Source: Chiloscyllium plagiosum (Eukaryota). From it: 64,000 bases of DNA. The stretch spans positions 15,527,335-15,591,334 of the forward strand of contig NC_057750.1 of NCBI RefSeq assembly GCF_004010195.1, given 5' to 3'. This document shows positions 1-13,280 of the stretch, piece after piece. The position numbers were made by a program, and so were the translations under genes. Under the pieces are notes generated by a model. The model was given only the letters and a program-made list of their open reading frames with translations, had not been told where the DNA came from and searched no databases. The first letter of the stretch is position 1, and every line of letters begins with the position of its first letter.

Positions 1-1078
1 ATTTTATTCAAAAAAAGACCACACTTTTGACTGATCCCTACAAATCTGACATAGAAAGAGGGGTACTAAGGGCTAAGAGTACACTCTCTGTCAGTACTCT
101 ATATCACCAATTGGGGGGTACCACCTCAGATGAGTCGGATCGACTCTGCAAGACGTGGGAGAGCTGGGTGTTGAAGTTTCTTCAGAGGCATGGGAGGATA
201 TTTGGGAGAATGCAAGGAAGATATCAATTTGCAATAGGACCCATGCTTTACAGTTGAAGATTCTCCACAGGGTCCACTTAGCCCCAGACCGTTTGTCAAA
301 ATTTAAACCAGGGGTATCTTCAGCATGTCCAAGTGCAAGGTCTGTACAGGTACTCATACCCATTGTCTTTGGTCTTGTGACAGGCTTCAAATGTATTGGA
401 GCACTGTGGTGGGTGCAATGGAGAGGATTTTAGGTGTAAGGGTGGAGAAGGACCCTATTTTGCTCCTTTTGGGCTTACCCATTGTATTACCTGCAGACTC
501 GCATAAGGAAAAACTTTTCAATATTCTTACATTCTGTGCAAGGAAGAATATCTTGCTAGGTTGGATATCAGAAAATCCCCCAGGCCTGTCGGGTTAGTGG
601 AAGATTGTTATGGAGCATATTCCCCTGGATTTTTTCACAAATATGGTACACCACAAAACTGAGAATTTTTACAAGACATGGCAACCCTTTTTGAAATACC
701 TGGACACTGATTTATCTGCCACACAAACAAGGGCTTTTATATAGCCGTAACGATTGTGTTTCATGAGTCCAATATCCAGGGAGGAGGAATTGTGAATGTA
801 TGAGTGTTTTGTTTGGCTGGGCTGAGTTATTACTGTTTATTTGTTTGTTGTTAGGTATTTATTTAGTTAGTTAAATAGCTAGTTTAGGTTTTTTTTTTAA
901 TTTTATACTTCTCTATATATGTTTATACATTCGTATAGGAGGGTGGGTTGGGGAATCTTTTTTATTATTTGGGTTTAGTTTTGTACTATTTTTGTACTGT
1001 TTTGAATTGCAATTTTTTGTATTTGTTGTAATATTTAAAAATCTATTTTTCTTAACAAAAATATATTCTAAAAAAAAA
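1..1078 (+). mobile_element. L1-clade LINE, 3' end (ORF2 C-terminal Cys/His region, AT-rich 3' UTR, poly-A)
   Basis: Frameshifted ORFs read WEDIWENARKISICNRTHALQLKILHRVHLAP...CPS/KCKVCTGTHTHCLWSC, typical of fish L1 ORF2 C-termini. T-rich UTR, then an A-tail at ~1070-1078. Homologous to 36900-37790. Confidence 0.85.
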
Positions 1079-1670
1079 GAGCCGTGAGGTTTTGCTGCAG
1101 CTCTACAAGTCCCTGGTGAGGCCACACTTGGAATATTGTGTCCAGTTCTGGTTGCCCTACTATAGGAAAGACACAGAGGCTTTGGAGAGGGTGCAAAGAA
1201 GGTTTACCAAGATGCCGCTTGGACTGGAGGGCTTGACTTATGATGAAAGGTTGAATAGGCTCGGACTTTTCTCTCTGGAGAGAAGGAGGAAAAGAGGAGA
1301 CCTGATCGAGGTATACAAGATAATGAGAGGAATAGATAGAGTCAATAGCCAGAGACTTTTCCCCAGGGCAGGATTGACTGGTATGAGAAGTCATAGTTTG
1401 AAGATATTAGGAGGAAGGTATAAAGGAGACGTCAGAGATAGGTTTTTTACACAGAAAGTTGCAAATGCATTGAATGCGTTACCAGTGGTGGTGGTTGGAG
1501 CAGAGTCATTGGGGACACTTAAGAGACTGCTGGACATGCACATGGATAGCAGTGAGTTAAGGGGTGTATACGTTGTTACTATATTTTACTTTAGGATTAA
1601 ATCTCGGCACAACATCATGGGCCAAAGGGCCTGTTCTGTGCTGTACGTTTCTATGTTCCATGTTCTATAA
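1079..1670 (+). mobile_element. CR1-clade LINE, 3' fragment of ORF2 plus tail
   Basis: LYKSLVRPHLEYCVQFW...LERVQRRFTK...RGDLIEVYKIM...FFTQKV, ending in a short (tctatgt)-type tail. Confidence 0.9.
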
Positions 1671-3765
1671 CTAAATGCCCCTTCTCACCTCTAAAGGATC
1701 AACGTTTATGTAAGCCACTCTTTTTCATTTTATATATTTATAGAAACATTTGCTATCTGTCTTTATATTCTGTGCTAGATTTTTCTCGTGTTCTATCTTA
1801 CTTTTCTTTCTTTTTGTGGCTTTCTGTTGACCATTAAAGCTTTCTCCATCTTCTAGTTTCCCATTGATCTTGGCAACTTTGTATGCCTTCTTATTCAATT
1901 TGGTAGTCTCCCTTATTTCCTTAAACACCCACGGTAGATTACGTATTTTCTTATACTCCTTCCTTCTCACTGGAATATACTTTTGCTGAGCACTTTGAAA
2001 AATTGCTTTGAAAGTCCTTCACTGCTCATCAACTGTCCCACCATAAAGTCTTGTTTCCAGTCTACTTTAGCCAAGTCCTCCCTCATTCTATTGTAATCTC
2101 CCTTGTTTAAGCACATGACCCTGGAATTGGATTTTATCTTCACACTCTCCACCTGTATTCAAAATTCAACCATGCTGTGATTGCTCCTTCCAAGAGGATC
2201 CCTAACTATGAGGTTATTAATTATTCCTGTCTCATTACACAGGACCAGATCTAGTATAGCTTGCTCCCTCATTGGTTCCATTACATGCTGTTCAAGAAAA
2301 CTATCGTGGATACACTCAACAAACTCCCCCCCCAAGGCTACCCTGACCGAACTGGTTCGACCAATTGACATGTAGATTAAAATCCCCCCATGATAACTGC
2401 TTTACCATTTTTACAGGCATTAGTTATTTCTTTGTTTATTGCCCACCCCAATGAGATGTTATTATTTGGTGGCCTATAGTCTGTCTATCGGTGACTTTTT
2501 CTTCTTAGAATTTCTAATTTCCACCTAAATGGATTCAACTGTATTCTCCATAGAACCTATATCATCTCTCAGCACCGCCCTGATGTCGTCCTTGAATAAC
2601 AGTGCTGCACCACCTCTCCTACTTCCTGTTTATCCTTCCAAGTAAGTAGTCTGATACCCCTAGATAGTGAACTCCCAGTCATGACCATCCCCTAACCACA
2701 TCTCCATAATGGCTACTGAATCATATTCATTTGCAATGATTTGTGCCATTAACTCATCGATCTTGTTATGAATACTACAAGCGTCCCTATGCTAGTTTTC
2801 ATACCTTCATGATTTCCAACATCTCTAATAATATCTCCTGAGTTCTCCTTCCTTTTTACTTCTTTCATAGTCTGCCTTGTAGTAAAACCCTCCTGCACAC
2901 ATGCTGCTTACCTTTTTATTTACCATCATACTTCCTGTCATTTTCCCCTTCCCTTCCCCCCAACTCGCTAGTTTAAAGTCCTAGTGACCACCTTATTTGT
3001 CGAGAACACTGGTTCCAGATCGGTTCAGGTGGAGACTTTCCCATTGGTACAGATCCCTCCTGTTCCAAATCTTATGTCAATGCCCCATGAAATGGAACCC
3101 CTCTTTCCCACACCAAGGGTTATAATCCGGAGATTAGAACCCTTGAGGACCTGTTCCTTAATTTCATTCCTAGTGCTTGATAATCCCCAAACCAGTCCAC
3201 CTTCCTAGCCTTGCCTATGTTGTTCATCCCAATGTGGACCACGACAACTGGATCCTACCCCTCCCGCTCCAATATCCTTACAAGCCGGTCAGAGATGTCC
3301 TGTACCCTGGCACCATGCAGGCAACACATCACATGGAAGTCCAAATCCGGCTTGCAAAGGATATTATCTGTCCTAATTATAGAATCTCCGATAACAACTA
3401 CTTGTCTTTTTGCTCTCCCCTCTTGAATGGTCTCCTGCACCATAGTGCCGCTGTCAACTGGCTCATTCTCCCCACAGCCCTTTCCCTCATCCACACAGGG
3501 AGAAGCACCTCATACCAATTGGACAAGGTCAAGAACTGAGGCTCCTCCGTTCCTGAACTCAGGATCCCCCTACCTACCTCACTTGCAATCACTCCCTGCT
3601 GTCGCTGATCACTGACTGAATTTGAATTACTTTATCCATCAGGTGTGACTGCCTCCTGAAACAAAGTGTCCGGGTAACTCTCCCCCTCCCAGATGTACCA
3701 CTGTTTGAAGCTCAGATTCCAGCTCATCAATTCTGATCTAGAGTTTCTCCAGCAACCAACACTTG
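1671..3765 (-). mobile_element. CR1-clade LINE, 5' half (ORF1 esterase/SGNH-like region and ORF2 endonuclease), degenerate
   Basis: Minus-strand ORFs VVVIGDSIIR...CCLHGARVQDI (ORF1 esterase), EPMREQAILDLVLCN...LGRSNH (APE endonuclease) and KTDSKCFYKYIK. Confidence 0.85.
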
Positions 3766-3789
3766 CTGCGGATGTGGTCACTGCAGTTC

Positions 3790-4165
3790 CTTATAGAGGT
3801 TTATAGAATCACGATGGGCATAGATCAGGTGAATAGTCAAGGTCTTTTCCCCAGGTTAGGGGAGTCCAAAACTAGAGGGCTTAGATTTAAGGTGAGAGGG
3901 GAAAGATTTAACAGGGATCTGAGGGGCAATATATCCATCCAGAGGGTGGTGCGTGTATGGAACAAGCTGCCAGAGCAAATGGTAGAGGCGGGTACAACTA
4001 CAACATTTAAAAGGCACTTGGACAGGGACATGAATAGGAATGGTTAGAGGGATCTGGGCCAAATGGGGGAAAATGAGATTCATTCATGTTAGGAAACCTG
4101 ATGGGCATGGATGAGTTGGGACAAAGGGGCTTGTTTCCAAGCTACACACCTCAAGATTCTATGAA
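3790..4165 (+). mobile_element. CR1 3' fragment
   Basis: LIEVYRITMGIDQVNSQGLFP...QRVVRVWNKLPEQMVEA. Confidence 0.85.
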
Positions 4166-5041
4166 GGTTTTCCAGCAAGTGATACTTCCACATTGAACAG
4201 TGAGAAGATGTTATGCTATGATGGGTGTTAGAGAAAGAGTTTCCCTCTCTTAGACAGTGTTCTATCATGATATGGCAGAAGAGATGGGGAGTATCTGCAG
4301 CCTGAGTTTTGTTGCTGAAGTTATAGCAAATTGATCAGATGATGTAAAATAGCAATACATTTATGAATCTAAGATTCTGTTTGCAGTGAGCCATCCCTGT
4401 GCCCCCTACAAGCCCTCAGAAGCTTTATTTCATTTCCCTCCTACTGTGTATTGTATTTTTCTTGGCTGGCACACAGCTCAAGTTTGAATATGGAGCCTAT
4501 GGTGGAAATCCCTGAGGTCTATGTAGTGGCAAGGAACTCTGCTGCCAATGAGCACACAATAGCACGGAACCATCAAGGTGTGGCGCATATACAATGAGGC
4601 GAAACAGTGTAACATTACCTGAGGTAACTCACTGGAGAAAAACCATCCAGGCCACTCCCCGAAATTGACCCTTAGCTGAGTTTCGGTACAATTCACCCCT
4701 TGATGTTTAGGTATCATGATGATGAATTTACATTGCACTCTCTCCAAGGCCAATACCTCCTTCTTAACGTGCAGTGCCCAGAACTGCTCACAGGACTCCA
4801 GGTGTGTTCGAACCATGGCATAGTACTGCTCAAACATAACTAGCCCTCTCATATTTCATTTTTCAACATATATAGGCCAGTGGTCCATTCTTTTTCGGAT
4901 CATTTTCTGTACTTACTTCTCACAAACATATTAAATGTCAAACATTTTTGCCCTGTCACATTATTGCAAATCACAGCCACCAGCATGTAGCATCTGGTTG
5001 GGGTGATTTGCTGCCACCAACCCTCCTGCCTCTATAAAATA

Positions 5042-5216
5042 CAGAGGAACCTCAATTGTTCGGCATTTGATTATCTGAATTTCGGATTATTCGAACAAGA
5101 TTGCAAGGTTCCGATGCTTGGCTAAACTGTGTTATCTGGCATTGACTATCCAAACATTTGATTATCCCAAAAAAGTACCCCCCACCTGTGTCATTCGGAC
5201 AATCAAGTTTCCTCTG
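5042..5216. mobile_element. Tc1/mariner-pogo (Tigger-like) MITE
   Basis: Imperfect terminal inverted repeats CAGAGGAACCTCAATTGTTCG / revcomp CAGAGGAAACTTGATTGTCCG, flanked by TA on both sides (5040-5041, 5217-5218). Confidence 0.75.
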
Positions 5217-5218
5217 TA

Positions 5219-5410
5219 ACTGAAAGAATTGCAGATGCTTTAAATCAGAAACAAAAATAAAAATTGCTGGAAAAGCTCAGCAGGTCTGGTAGCATCTGTG
5301 GAGAGAGATCAGTTAATGTTTCCATTCTCAACCTGAAACATTAATTGATTTCTCTCCGTAGATGCTACCTGACCTGCAGAGGTTTTCCAGTAATTTCTAT
5401 TTTTGTTTCC
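5219..5410. mobile_element. Old palindromic Penelope-pLTR-derived element
   Basis: Inverted arms tgctggaaaagctcagcaggtctggtagcatctgtggagaga / tctctccgtagatgctacctgacctgcagaggttttccag. Related degraded copies at ~8240-8690 (split by a SINE), ~14700-14830 and ~19085-19240. Confidence 0.6.
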
Positions 5411-5819
5411 TCCTATCTCTATCCTAGTCAAGGGCCTGTCTAATCATCAGCAGTAGATTGGACCACTGGTGATATAAACAGAAGAGGCACTTGTCTTACA
5501 TAACAAGGTATTTTGATTCATGACAGCAACAGACAGTTTATATTAACTTGCTCAGCATAATTACTAAGGACTCTTTCGGAGCTGTACAGAATATGTTTGC
5601 TCTCTTCAGGTAATTGTTCAAAATTGAATTGTCTCCGTCCAAAAACTGAGCAACTTCATCAGATTGTGTGGAGTTCAATGCCGCATGAACATTAACTCCT
5701 TCAGGTCATTTACCTCGATATTTAAAATAAGGGTTCAGGAGGGACACCCCTCAAGGCCTGCGGCATGACTCTCCGGCCAAACTCAATGCAGGATCTCTTT
5801 ATTTAAAAGAATGAGGAGG

Positions 5820-6878
5820 ATTTCTTATTGAAACATATAAAATTATGAAGGATATAGGTAAAATAGAAGGTAAACTACTGGCAGGTGAAACTCGAACTGG
5901 GGCATGTCAGGGGCAGGTTCTTTACTCAGAGAGTGGCAAGGACTTGGAATGCCCTGCCTGCCAATGTAGTTAACTCAGCCACATGAGGGAGATTTAAACA
6001 ATCCTTGGATAAGCACATAGATGATGATGGGATAGCGTTGGGGAATCGGCTTACATTAGTTCACAGGTCGGCGCAACATCGAGAGCTGAAGGGCCTGTTC
6101 TGCGCTGTATTGTTCTATGTTTTATATAGTAGCCTCAAAATAAGGGGGAGTAGATTAGGCCCAAGGAACTTCTTCTCCCAAAGGCTTGTGAATCTGTGGA
6201 ATTCCCTGCCCAGTGAGGCAGTTGAGGGGCCTTGTTGGATGTTTTCAAGGCAAAAATAGGTAGATTTTTGAACAGCAAAGGAAATAATGGTTTTTGTGAG
6301 CAGGTAGGCAAGGAGAGCTGAATCTACAGAAAGATCAGCCATGATATTATTAAGTGGCGGAGCATGCTCGACGGGCCAGATGGCCTGTTACTGCTCCCAT
6401 TTCTTATGTTTTTTATCATTGTCTTTTTCTGATTGTCATGTTGGAGCAGATGCAGCGACAAGCAGCAAGAGTTGGACACTGCCACCTGGGCGCTGTTGAT
6501 TATGATTGTGGAGCAGTGGCAGGCTTCAGATCAGGCTATTGGTGAGGTTGGTGGAGGAGTTGTCTGTCACTGCGGTGAGTATCCAGGGTTGTTTAAAGGG
6601 TAAGCCACTCAGGACTGAGATGAGGAAGAACTTCTTCACTTAAGAGAATTGGGAACCTGTGGAATTCTCTCCCACCGAAAGTTGTTGGGGCCAACTCGTT
6701 AAATATATCCAAGAGGGAGCTGGTCACGGCTCTTGCGGATAAAGGGATCAAGGGGTATGGAGAGAAAGTGGGAATGGGATACTGAGATTGCATGATCAGC
6801 CAGGATCTTATTGAATGATGGTGTGGGTTCAAGGGGCCAAATGGCCTACACCTGCACCTATTATCTATGTTTCTATGA
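5820..6878 (+). mobile_element. Cluster of three CR1 3'-end fragments
   Basis: Repeated (N)FFSQR/FFTQR-(V)VNLWNSLP-type segments, each followed by a CR1-like tail (ending at ~6120, ~6410, ~6878). Confidence 0.75.
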
Positions 6879-8288
6879 AACTTGCATCAAAATCCAGTGA
6901 CTGAGCGAAGGTGTGAGGGGCAAACCAGCCCTGGGGGGGAGACATAACCTGATATAACTGAACAATGAAAGAGGCTGGGGAAAATGAACACGATAAGCTT
7001 AGCAGAATGAATATTTCATCCCCATTTGATGGGTGGGAGGTGTTGGGGGGGGATATGAAAAGACAAGCATTGAATCCCCTGCAGGGTAAACCAAAAGCAG
7101 GAAGGGTGCTTCTGTGCTGTACGTAGAGCTGCATGTCACTGGAATCAGTGGAATGTGAGGAATGGGTGGGGAAGCCTGAAGGTTTGCCAGAGTTCCCAGG
7201 GGTGTCTGTTTTGATTTTGGGAAGGGTACAGAAGTTAGCTGTGACTGTGTGTGTGGAGGGGACTGGGAGCTGTCAGCAATCTCCGTCGCTCCAGTGAGAG
7301 TGAGCATGGAGACTGGAACACCAGTCACTCACAGCAAGTGCACGAAAGCCCTTTCCCTGGATGATGTTGACAAAGTGCCAGGAGAATAGGGACTTGACTT
7401 TGAAGGCGGAGTGATCAGCCACTTTGCGTGCAGGAGGACCTAACAACCTTTGTTTCTAAATATGTAGCGCTCCCCACGCTTGATTATCTTTGTTCGGTTT
7501 AATTGATTTTTTGCTCCTGATGCTTGTTCTGGGAGGCCAGCTCCTGCCCTGAGATGTTGCATGAGGTGCAATGCACGGACTGCAATCGCAGCGACCGTGT
7601 TTTGAACTCTTTCTCACGATGCATTCGTCAAGTTAAGTATTTGTCCCCTAGATCTGACCTCACCTCTATTGGTGACGTCTCCATCCAGGAAAACTGCAGG
7701 ATTGAGATTAACCCTTTGCACCCCAGATTTAAAGCTGTACCCCACCTCTTTCCTTGGTCATTGCAAAAGTCCCATACCTGCACTCAAGTCTTTGCGAAGT
7801 TGCAGGAAGAGCTGCTAATCCTTTCAGATACCCTTCTCTTGCAACTCTTCAAGCTACACTCACCCAAGTGATACCTGTATGGTGCAATCCACTGTCTCAG
7901 TGTAAATCCATCCATTCTCCAGCTGGGATCAGTGTAAACAGTAAAGGCACCCAGGAATTCTGTCTCCTTTGTAACCTATCTGTCATTCCTCGACATTCCC
8001 CTCTGGTTAGGAAATTCGAGGCCAACTCCAGAGACTTTGCATATTGTACTATCACGCCCTTTAAGGAACTGCTGCACTGTTGCAGGTAAACCTGAGGTGC
8101 TGCCTCCGCCCTCGCTGCTAAAATAGGCCCCAGAGCATTTTTCCCAGAAGAGCTGTGGAAATGCTCCCTGGTTCTACAGGCTAATACCTATCACTTGACC
8201 TTGACATCCCTCAAACCAAAGATGTGGAAAGCCATGGGAACCTGAAACAAAAACAGAAATAGCTGGAGAAACTCAGCAGATCAGAGCT

Positions 8289-8623
8289 GAGTGGTTAGCA
8301 CTGCTGCCTCACAGCACCTCAGACCCGGGTTTGATTCCACCCTCGGTTAACTGTCTCTGCGTGAAGTTTGCACATTCTCCCCATCTCTGTGTGGGTTTCT
8401 TCCACTTGTTACAGTTTCCTCCCACAGCCCAAAGATGCGCAGATTAGGTGGATGGGTCAAGTTACACTGCCCATAGTGTCCAGGGATGTGCAGGTACCAG
8501 GAAATACAGAGAGAGGGTGGGGGGGTGGTCGGTCTGGGTGGGATGCTCTTTCGGGGGGGGGGGGGGTCGGTGTAGACTTGATGGGCTGAATGCCCTGCTT
8601 CCACACTATAGGGATCCTATGAG
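8289..8623 (+). mobile_element. tRNA-derived SINE (HE1/V-SINE-like)
   Basis: gtggttagcactgctgcctcacagc head, B-box-like gggtttgattcc, conserved gtttgcacattctcccc core and LINE-like tail; flanked by tcagagct direct repeat. Confidence 0.85.
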
Positions 8624-10060
8624 TCAGAGCTTCCAGCCCAGTGACTTTTCTTCAGAACAGAGTATTCCAGCTATTTCTGTTTATCTTTCAAGCCCTTCAG
8701 AGACCTCTGTAAGATGCTGTATAAATGTGGGTCTTCCTTGTCTAACAGATCTGCGGAAAAAAAAGTGACAATGGGATGTGGAGCTTTGTGAATTTGTTCG
8801 GATTCATCAAATGAAAGCTCTTCTCCTCCTGGGTCCAAGTCCAGTTTTGAGTTTCTTGTTCTGGCTTTCTCCCCATACCCTTCTATCCCTTTAGACCTAA
8901 GAAATATACCAAGCTCCTTCTTGAAACATTCAAAGTTTTGGCGTCAATCACTTGCCGTGACAGAGACTTCCATGGGTCCACCACTCTCTGGGTGAAGACA
9001 TTTCTAATCTCAGTCATTAGACTGTGATCCCTGGTTATGGACTCCCTAGTCATTGAGAACATCCTTCCTGCGTTTAACCAGTCTGATCATCAAGCAGACC
9101 CTTGAAAATGGAGGACCTTGTCTTAAAGGACTATTTTTTGAAAAAATCATGGGTGTGTTCAGGGTGTGCTCCTGATCTTATTCTCTGTTCTGTTTAAAAC
9201 CCTATAGAGTCAAAATTTCCCAACAAAATATTAGTTCACCTGTTAGTTTTTTCTGGAGTGCCACAGCCTGTTCTGTAGAATCAGGGAATCATTATTATGG
9301 GAGAATTATAAGTCTCCAGTTTGGGTGGGGCAAGTGTCCATGGCTAAAACCTTACAAACACTTTTGAGTTGGGAAACTGGCAAGGATCCCTGACGTTTGT
9401 GTTTAACTGGGACGTATCTCAAATGACCTGGGAACTCCCTGTGGATCAGACAGACCCGTTCTTTTAACATGGAGAAAGAAAATTAATTGACTGAGGGATT
9501 ATCCCCTGGATTGGGACTTGCACTGCCAGAGTCATCAGATCAAGAGGACAGCAGGGATTGGGCTATGATACTGACAGGCTGGAACACCTTTCAATTTGTC
9601 AGCCCTCCCTCTCTTTAAGAGAACAGCTTTTGCATTTGTTGTGCAGCCAAAAGGAAGATGTCCAGGCATTGCACTCCTTTGAACTGAACAAAGGCATAAG
9701 GGACTCTATTTCCCCGGTGTGTTCTCCATGGCAACACTGTGACTTTGATTTACTTTGCCAACTGCTCTTTCCGCATGCAGTATCATTTTTACTCTCTCTG
9801 AATTTTGGTATTCTTGCAATCCTGTTCTGGTGCATGGAATGTGATATGCCCTTTCTTTCAACAGCACTTATGATGTGAGTATGTGCATTTCGCTGCCTTG
9901 GAGCTAATCTCCAGGACTCTGGAGCCAATATCTGCTTTTTTGACTTTGATCTGCACATTCCAGGCATCAGCTTTCACTGTATCATGGGAGCAACTCGACC
10001 TCAGATGGGAAATCAAAGGGGCAGCACCAGTACCTCCTTTTCCCTCGTCCCCATCACTCG

Positions 10061-10398
10061 CACAGAATCCCGACAGTACAGAAAGAGGCCATTCAGCCCA
10101 TCAAGTCTGCAGCAACTCTCCGAGGAGCATCACATCCAGACCCACCCTCCCCCATCCCTGTAACCTCACATGGGGCTTTTACCAAGGCTAACCCACCCAA
10201 CCTGCGCAATTTTGTTTAAGCATGGTCAATCAACTCAACCTGCAAGTCTTTGGGAGGAAACCGGAGCACCTGGAGGAAACCCTCGCAGACACGGGGAGAA
10301 TGTGCAAACTCCACACAGACAATTGCCCGATGCTGGAATTCAACCAGGTCCCTTGGCGCTGTGAGGCAGCAGTGCTAACCACTGAGCCACCATGCCCA
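10061..10398 (-). mobile_element. tRNA-derived SINE (HE1/V-SINE-like)
   Basis: Reverse complement of the same head and core motifs. Confidence 0.85.
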
Positions 10399-11560
10399 CA
10401 CACAAATACACACACTCACGCACTCTTTCCTTCTGACACACAACACTCTCTTTCACTCTGACACACAATATGGTATTGCTCTGAAGCAGTCTGTCTGCAG
10501 ATGAACCCTGCCCACTCCCTGCAAGATGCTCAGCATTCAGCTGAGTAAAGTGTGTCCCCTGACAGGAGCACTGCCCCTGTTCCTGCTCACCATGTGACCA
10601 CCCTATGGATTGCTTTGAAGTCCCCACTGGGGGGTTGCAAATCTGAACAGTACTTCCTCAGAGTGGAAGGACTCCTTTTCCGAGGATAAGGCTGCCCCTC
10701 TGTTTATCAATGCCTCAGTCATTGGAAACATCTCTATTTTCTCCGTCCAAGCTGTTTGTGATTTTGAACACCTCAATCAAATTACCTCTTTGCCTCTTTT
10801 GCTCTGGGGTGAATATTGTTGCCCTGCAGCCAGAGGCAGAGGGGGGTGGGGTTATGAGTGTGAGAAACAATGTGTGGGAGATGGAGCAAAGAGAGCATTT
10901 TTGTGAAGGATGACCACAAGGGCAGACTTAATTCAATGGATGTTCCTGTCAAGGGTGACCATTCTCATAGGAATGTGACAAAGTGAGAGAGAGAGAGAGA
11001 GAGAGAACTGTGTGTGGGATTACAGGTAGACAGTACAGGATAAGGCTAGAACAGGCAGACGGTGATGTTGTTTTGCACACAAATGCCACTTCCCTTTCCT
11101 ACACTGAGGACACCATTGAACATCCTATGGCACTGAATCCGTGGCAGTGGGACCCCCACCCCTCCATCTGTTCATTACCTCCATGACTTCCAATTATAGA
11201 TGTTTGCTCTCAGACGCATCTTCCTCCCATCCACCAGGAATAGTATTAATCCCTTACAACTCCAGGGATCCAGCAGAGCTCAGAGTCTGAGGCGTCATTT
11301 TTGTCACGTTGGGACTGCATCAGTAATGTTCTTACAATTGCCAAATGAAGGATGTATGAAACTCCAAGATGGCGCCAGCATGGGAGGTAGTTTTCGGACT
11401 CTTTGGTACCTGTCCACTCCAGGCCGGCAACATTGTTTTCTCTATGTACTTTTCATCATTTTTCTTTACTTCTTCCTTTATTCCTCATCTTTGAGGCCAG
11501 AACAGCGTTGGGAGGGCAGTGACTACAGTATTGGCAGCGTGGATCAGGACTCCTGGTGCT

Positions 11561-11825
11561 GGTCCCTGGACCCTTGGCAGTGGTAGGCCTGGAGCCTGGA
11601 CTCTTGGCAGTGGTAGGCCTGGAGCCTGGACTCTTGGCAGCAGTAGGCATGGACCATGGGCTCTTGTCAGTGATAGACACGAAGCCTGGACTCCTTGCAG
11701 TGATAGGATCGGAACCTGAACGTTGTTAGTAATAGGCAAGGAACCTGTACCGTTGTCAGTAGTGGGCCCGGAGTCTGAAGTCCCAGCGGCAGTAGGCACA
11801 GAGCCTGGACTCTTGGCGGAGTTAG
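11561..11825. repeat. ~30-bp minisatellite, about 9 units
   Basis: Unit ggagcctggactcttggcagtggtaggcct; units start at ~11561, 11591, 11621, 11651, 11681, 11711, 11740, 11770 and 11800, generally more diverged in the right half. Confidence 0.85.
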
Positions 11826-12049
11826 AGTCTCCTGGGGTATTGGCATAATCACTGCTGTTCCCAGAGTGGGACTCCTTGAGGACCAGAGGACCTAACAGTG
11901 ACCTTTCAGAAGCCCTGAAGCCATGTTTGAGACCTCAATTTGAACTGAAGATGAACTCTTATCTAATTAATTTACTTTTATCCTTATTGTAACTCAAATG
12001 GCACCAGATTGGTGACAAACACATTTCACTCTATCTTCAAGATAAACAA

Positions 12050-12380
12050 AGTGGCACAGTGTCTAAGTGGTCAGCAACACTAAGTGCCTCACAACACCAG
12101 GGAGCTGTGTTCGATTCCAGCCTTGGACACTGTCTGTGTGGAGTTTGCACATTCTCCCCATGTCTATGTGAGTTTTTTCCAACAGTCCAAAGATGTGCAG
12201 GTTTGTTGGATTGGCCATTTGCCGATAAGTATTTAGGATGTACAAGCTAGGGATAGCAATGGGAAATGCAGGGTTACAGGGTTAGTGTCGGGGTTTGGGT
12301 CTGGGTGGAATGCCCTTCAGAGAGTCAGTATGGATTTGATGGACTGAATGGCCTACTTTTACACTGCAGGGATTCTATGA
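12050..12380 (+). mobile_element. tRNA-derived SINE (HE1/V-SINE-like), diverged
   Basis: B-box gttcgattcc, gtggagtttgcacattctcccc core and matching tail. Confidence 0.8.
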
Positions 12381-12756
12381 TACTATATGTGACAATAAAT
12401 AATTCATTCATAAAATGATCAATTTGACAACTGCGAGGATCCTTCTAACTACTGGCACCATCATACCTGCCCATTCTGATTGGGCAGAAAACAGGATTCT
12501 AAAATTCTGACCAACTTCAATTCCACAACAAATCCCAATCCATTATTTCCCAGGTTCCTGACATGTGGGTCTGGAATTTTAAATTCTACCCAGAGGAATA
12601 TTGCTCCAGTTGTGGGAGAAACTGTGGTGGGAGGGTAATAAACACTAGATAATCATTAAAATCAATAGAGAATCAGGAAAAAACCCATTAGCCACAGAAT
12701 GGTCCGAAGCTGGCCCTCATTGTCACAGGGAGAAGTTGAGGATAACAACTAGATGT

Positions 12757-13280
12757 TAATGATTTTTGAGAAGATTTGTAGCTCGTGTTGATGATAAGTC
12801 TGTAAGTTAGCTCGCTGAGCTGGCAGGTTTGTCATCATACTGGGTAACATCATCAGTGAGAGTCTCTGGTAAAGTGCTGGTGGTATGTCCCGCCTCTCTA
12901 TCTATGGGTCTTGGTTTCTTAAGGTGGGTGATGTCATTTCTTTTTTTCAAGGCAAGTTCTGGTTAGAGTGGTGTCTGTGTTTGTCTGGGATAACGCACAC
13001 ATCCTAGGACAGGTGGAACAAAGACACGTATGAGATTTCTTCGAGGCATGCAATTCTAACCAGAACTCCATCAATAAACACATCGATTTAGATCCTATCT
13101 ACCTCCCCTTGAAAAAAAACCGGAAATGACATCACCTACTTTAAGAAACCAAGACTTTTCAATAGAGAGCTGGGACATACCACCAGCGCTTCACCAGAGA
13201 CTCTCGCTGATGATGTTACCTAGTATGGTGACGGAACGTCTGAAAAGAAACCTTCAAGCTCAGCGAGCGAACTTACAGCC
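12757..13280 (+). mobile_element. Penelope-like element (family A): GIY-YIG C-terminus with inverted pseudo-LTRs
   Basis: WDNAHILGQVEQRHV*DFFEACNSNQNSINKHIDLDPIYLPL at ~12987-13110. The ends are inverted copies of each other, and a 12-bp TSD ACAACTAGATGT lies at 12745-12756 and 13281-13292. Confidence 0.85.

Noticed and set aside
7380..8150. Unique-looking region with ~110-aa ORFs
   Set aside because: No recognisable protein motif or convincing exon structure; possibly an old transposon remnant, left uncalled.
9100..10020. Possible LTR-retrotransposon gag remnant or host exon
   Set aside because: Similarity too weak to support by eye.
11561..11825. CRISPR-like array or repetitive protein exon
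   Set aside because: Contiguous tandem units without unique spacers, eukaryotic context, no splice or homology support.
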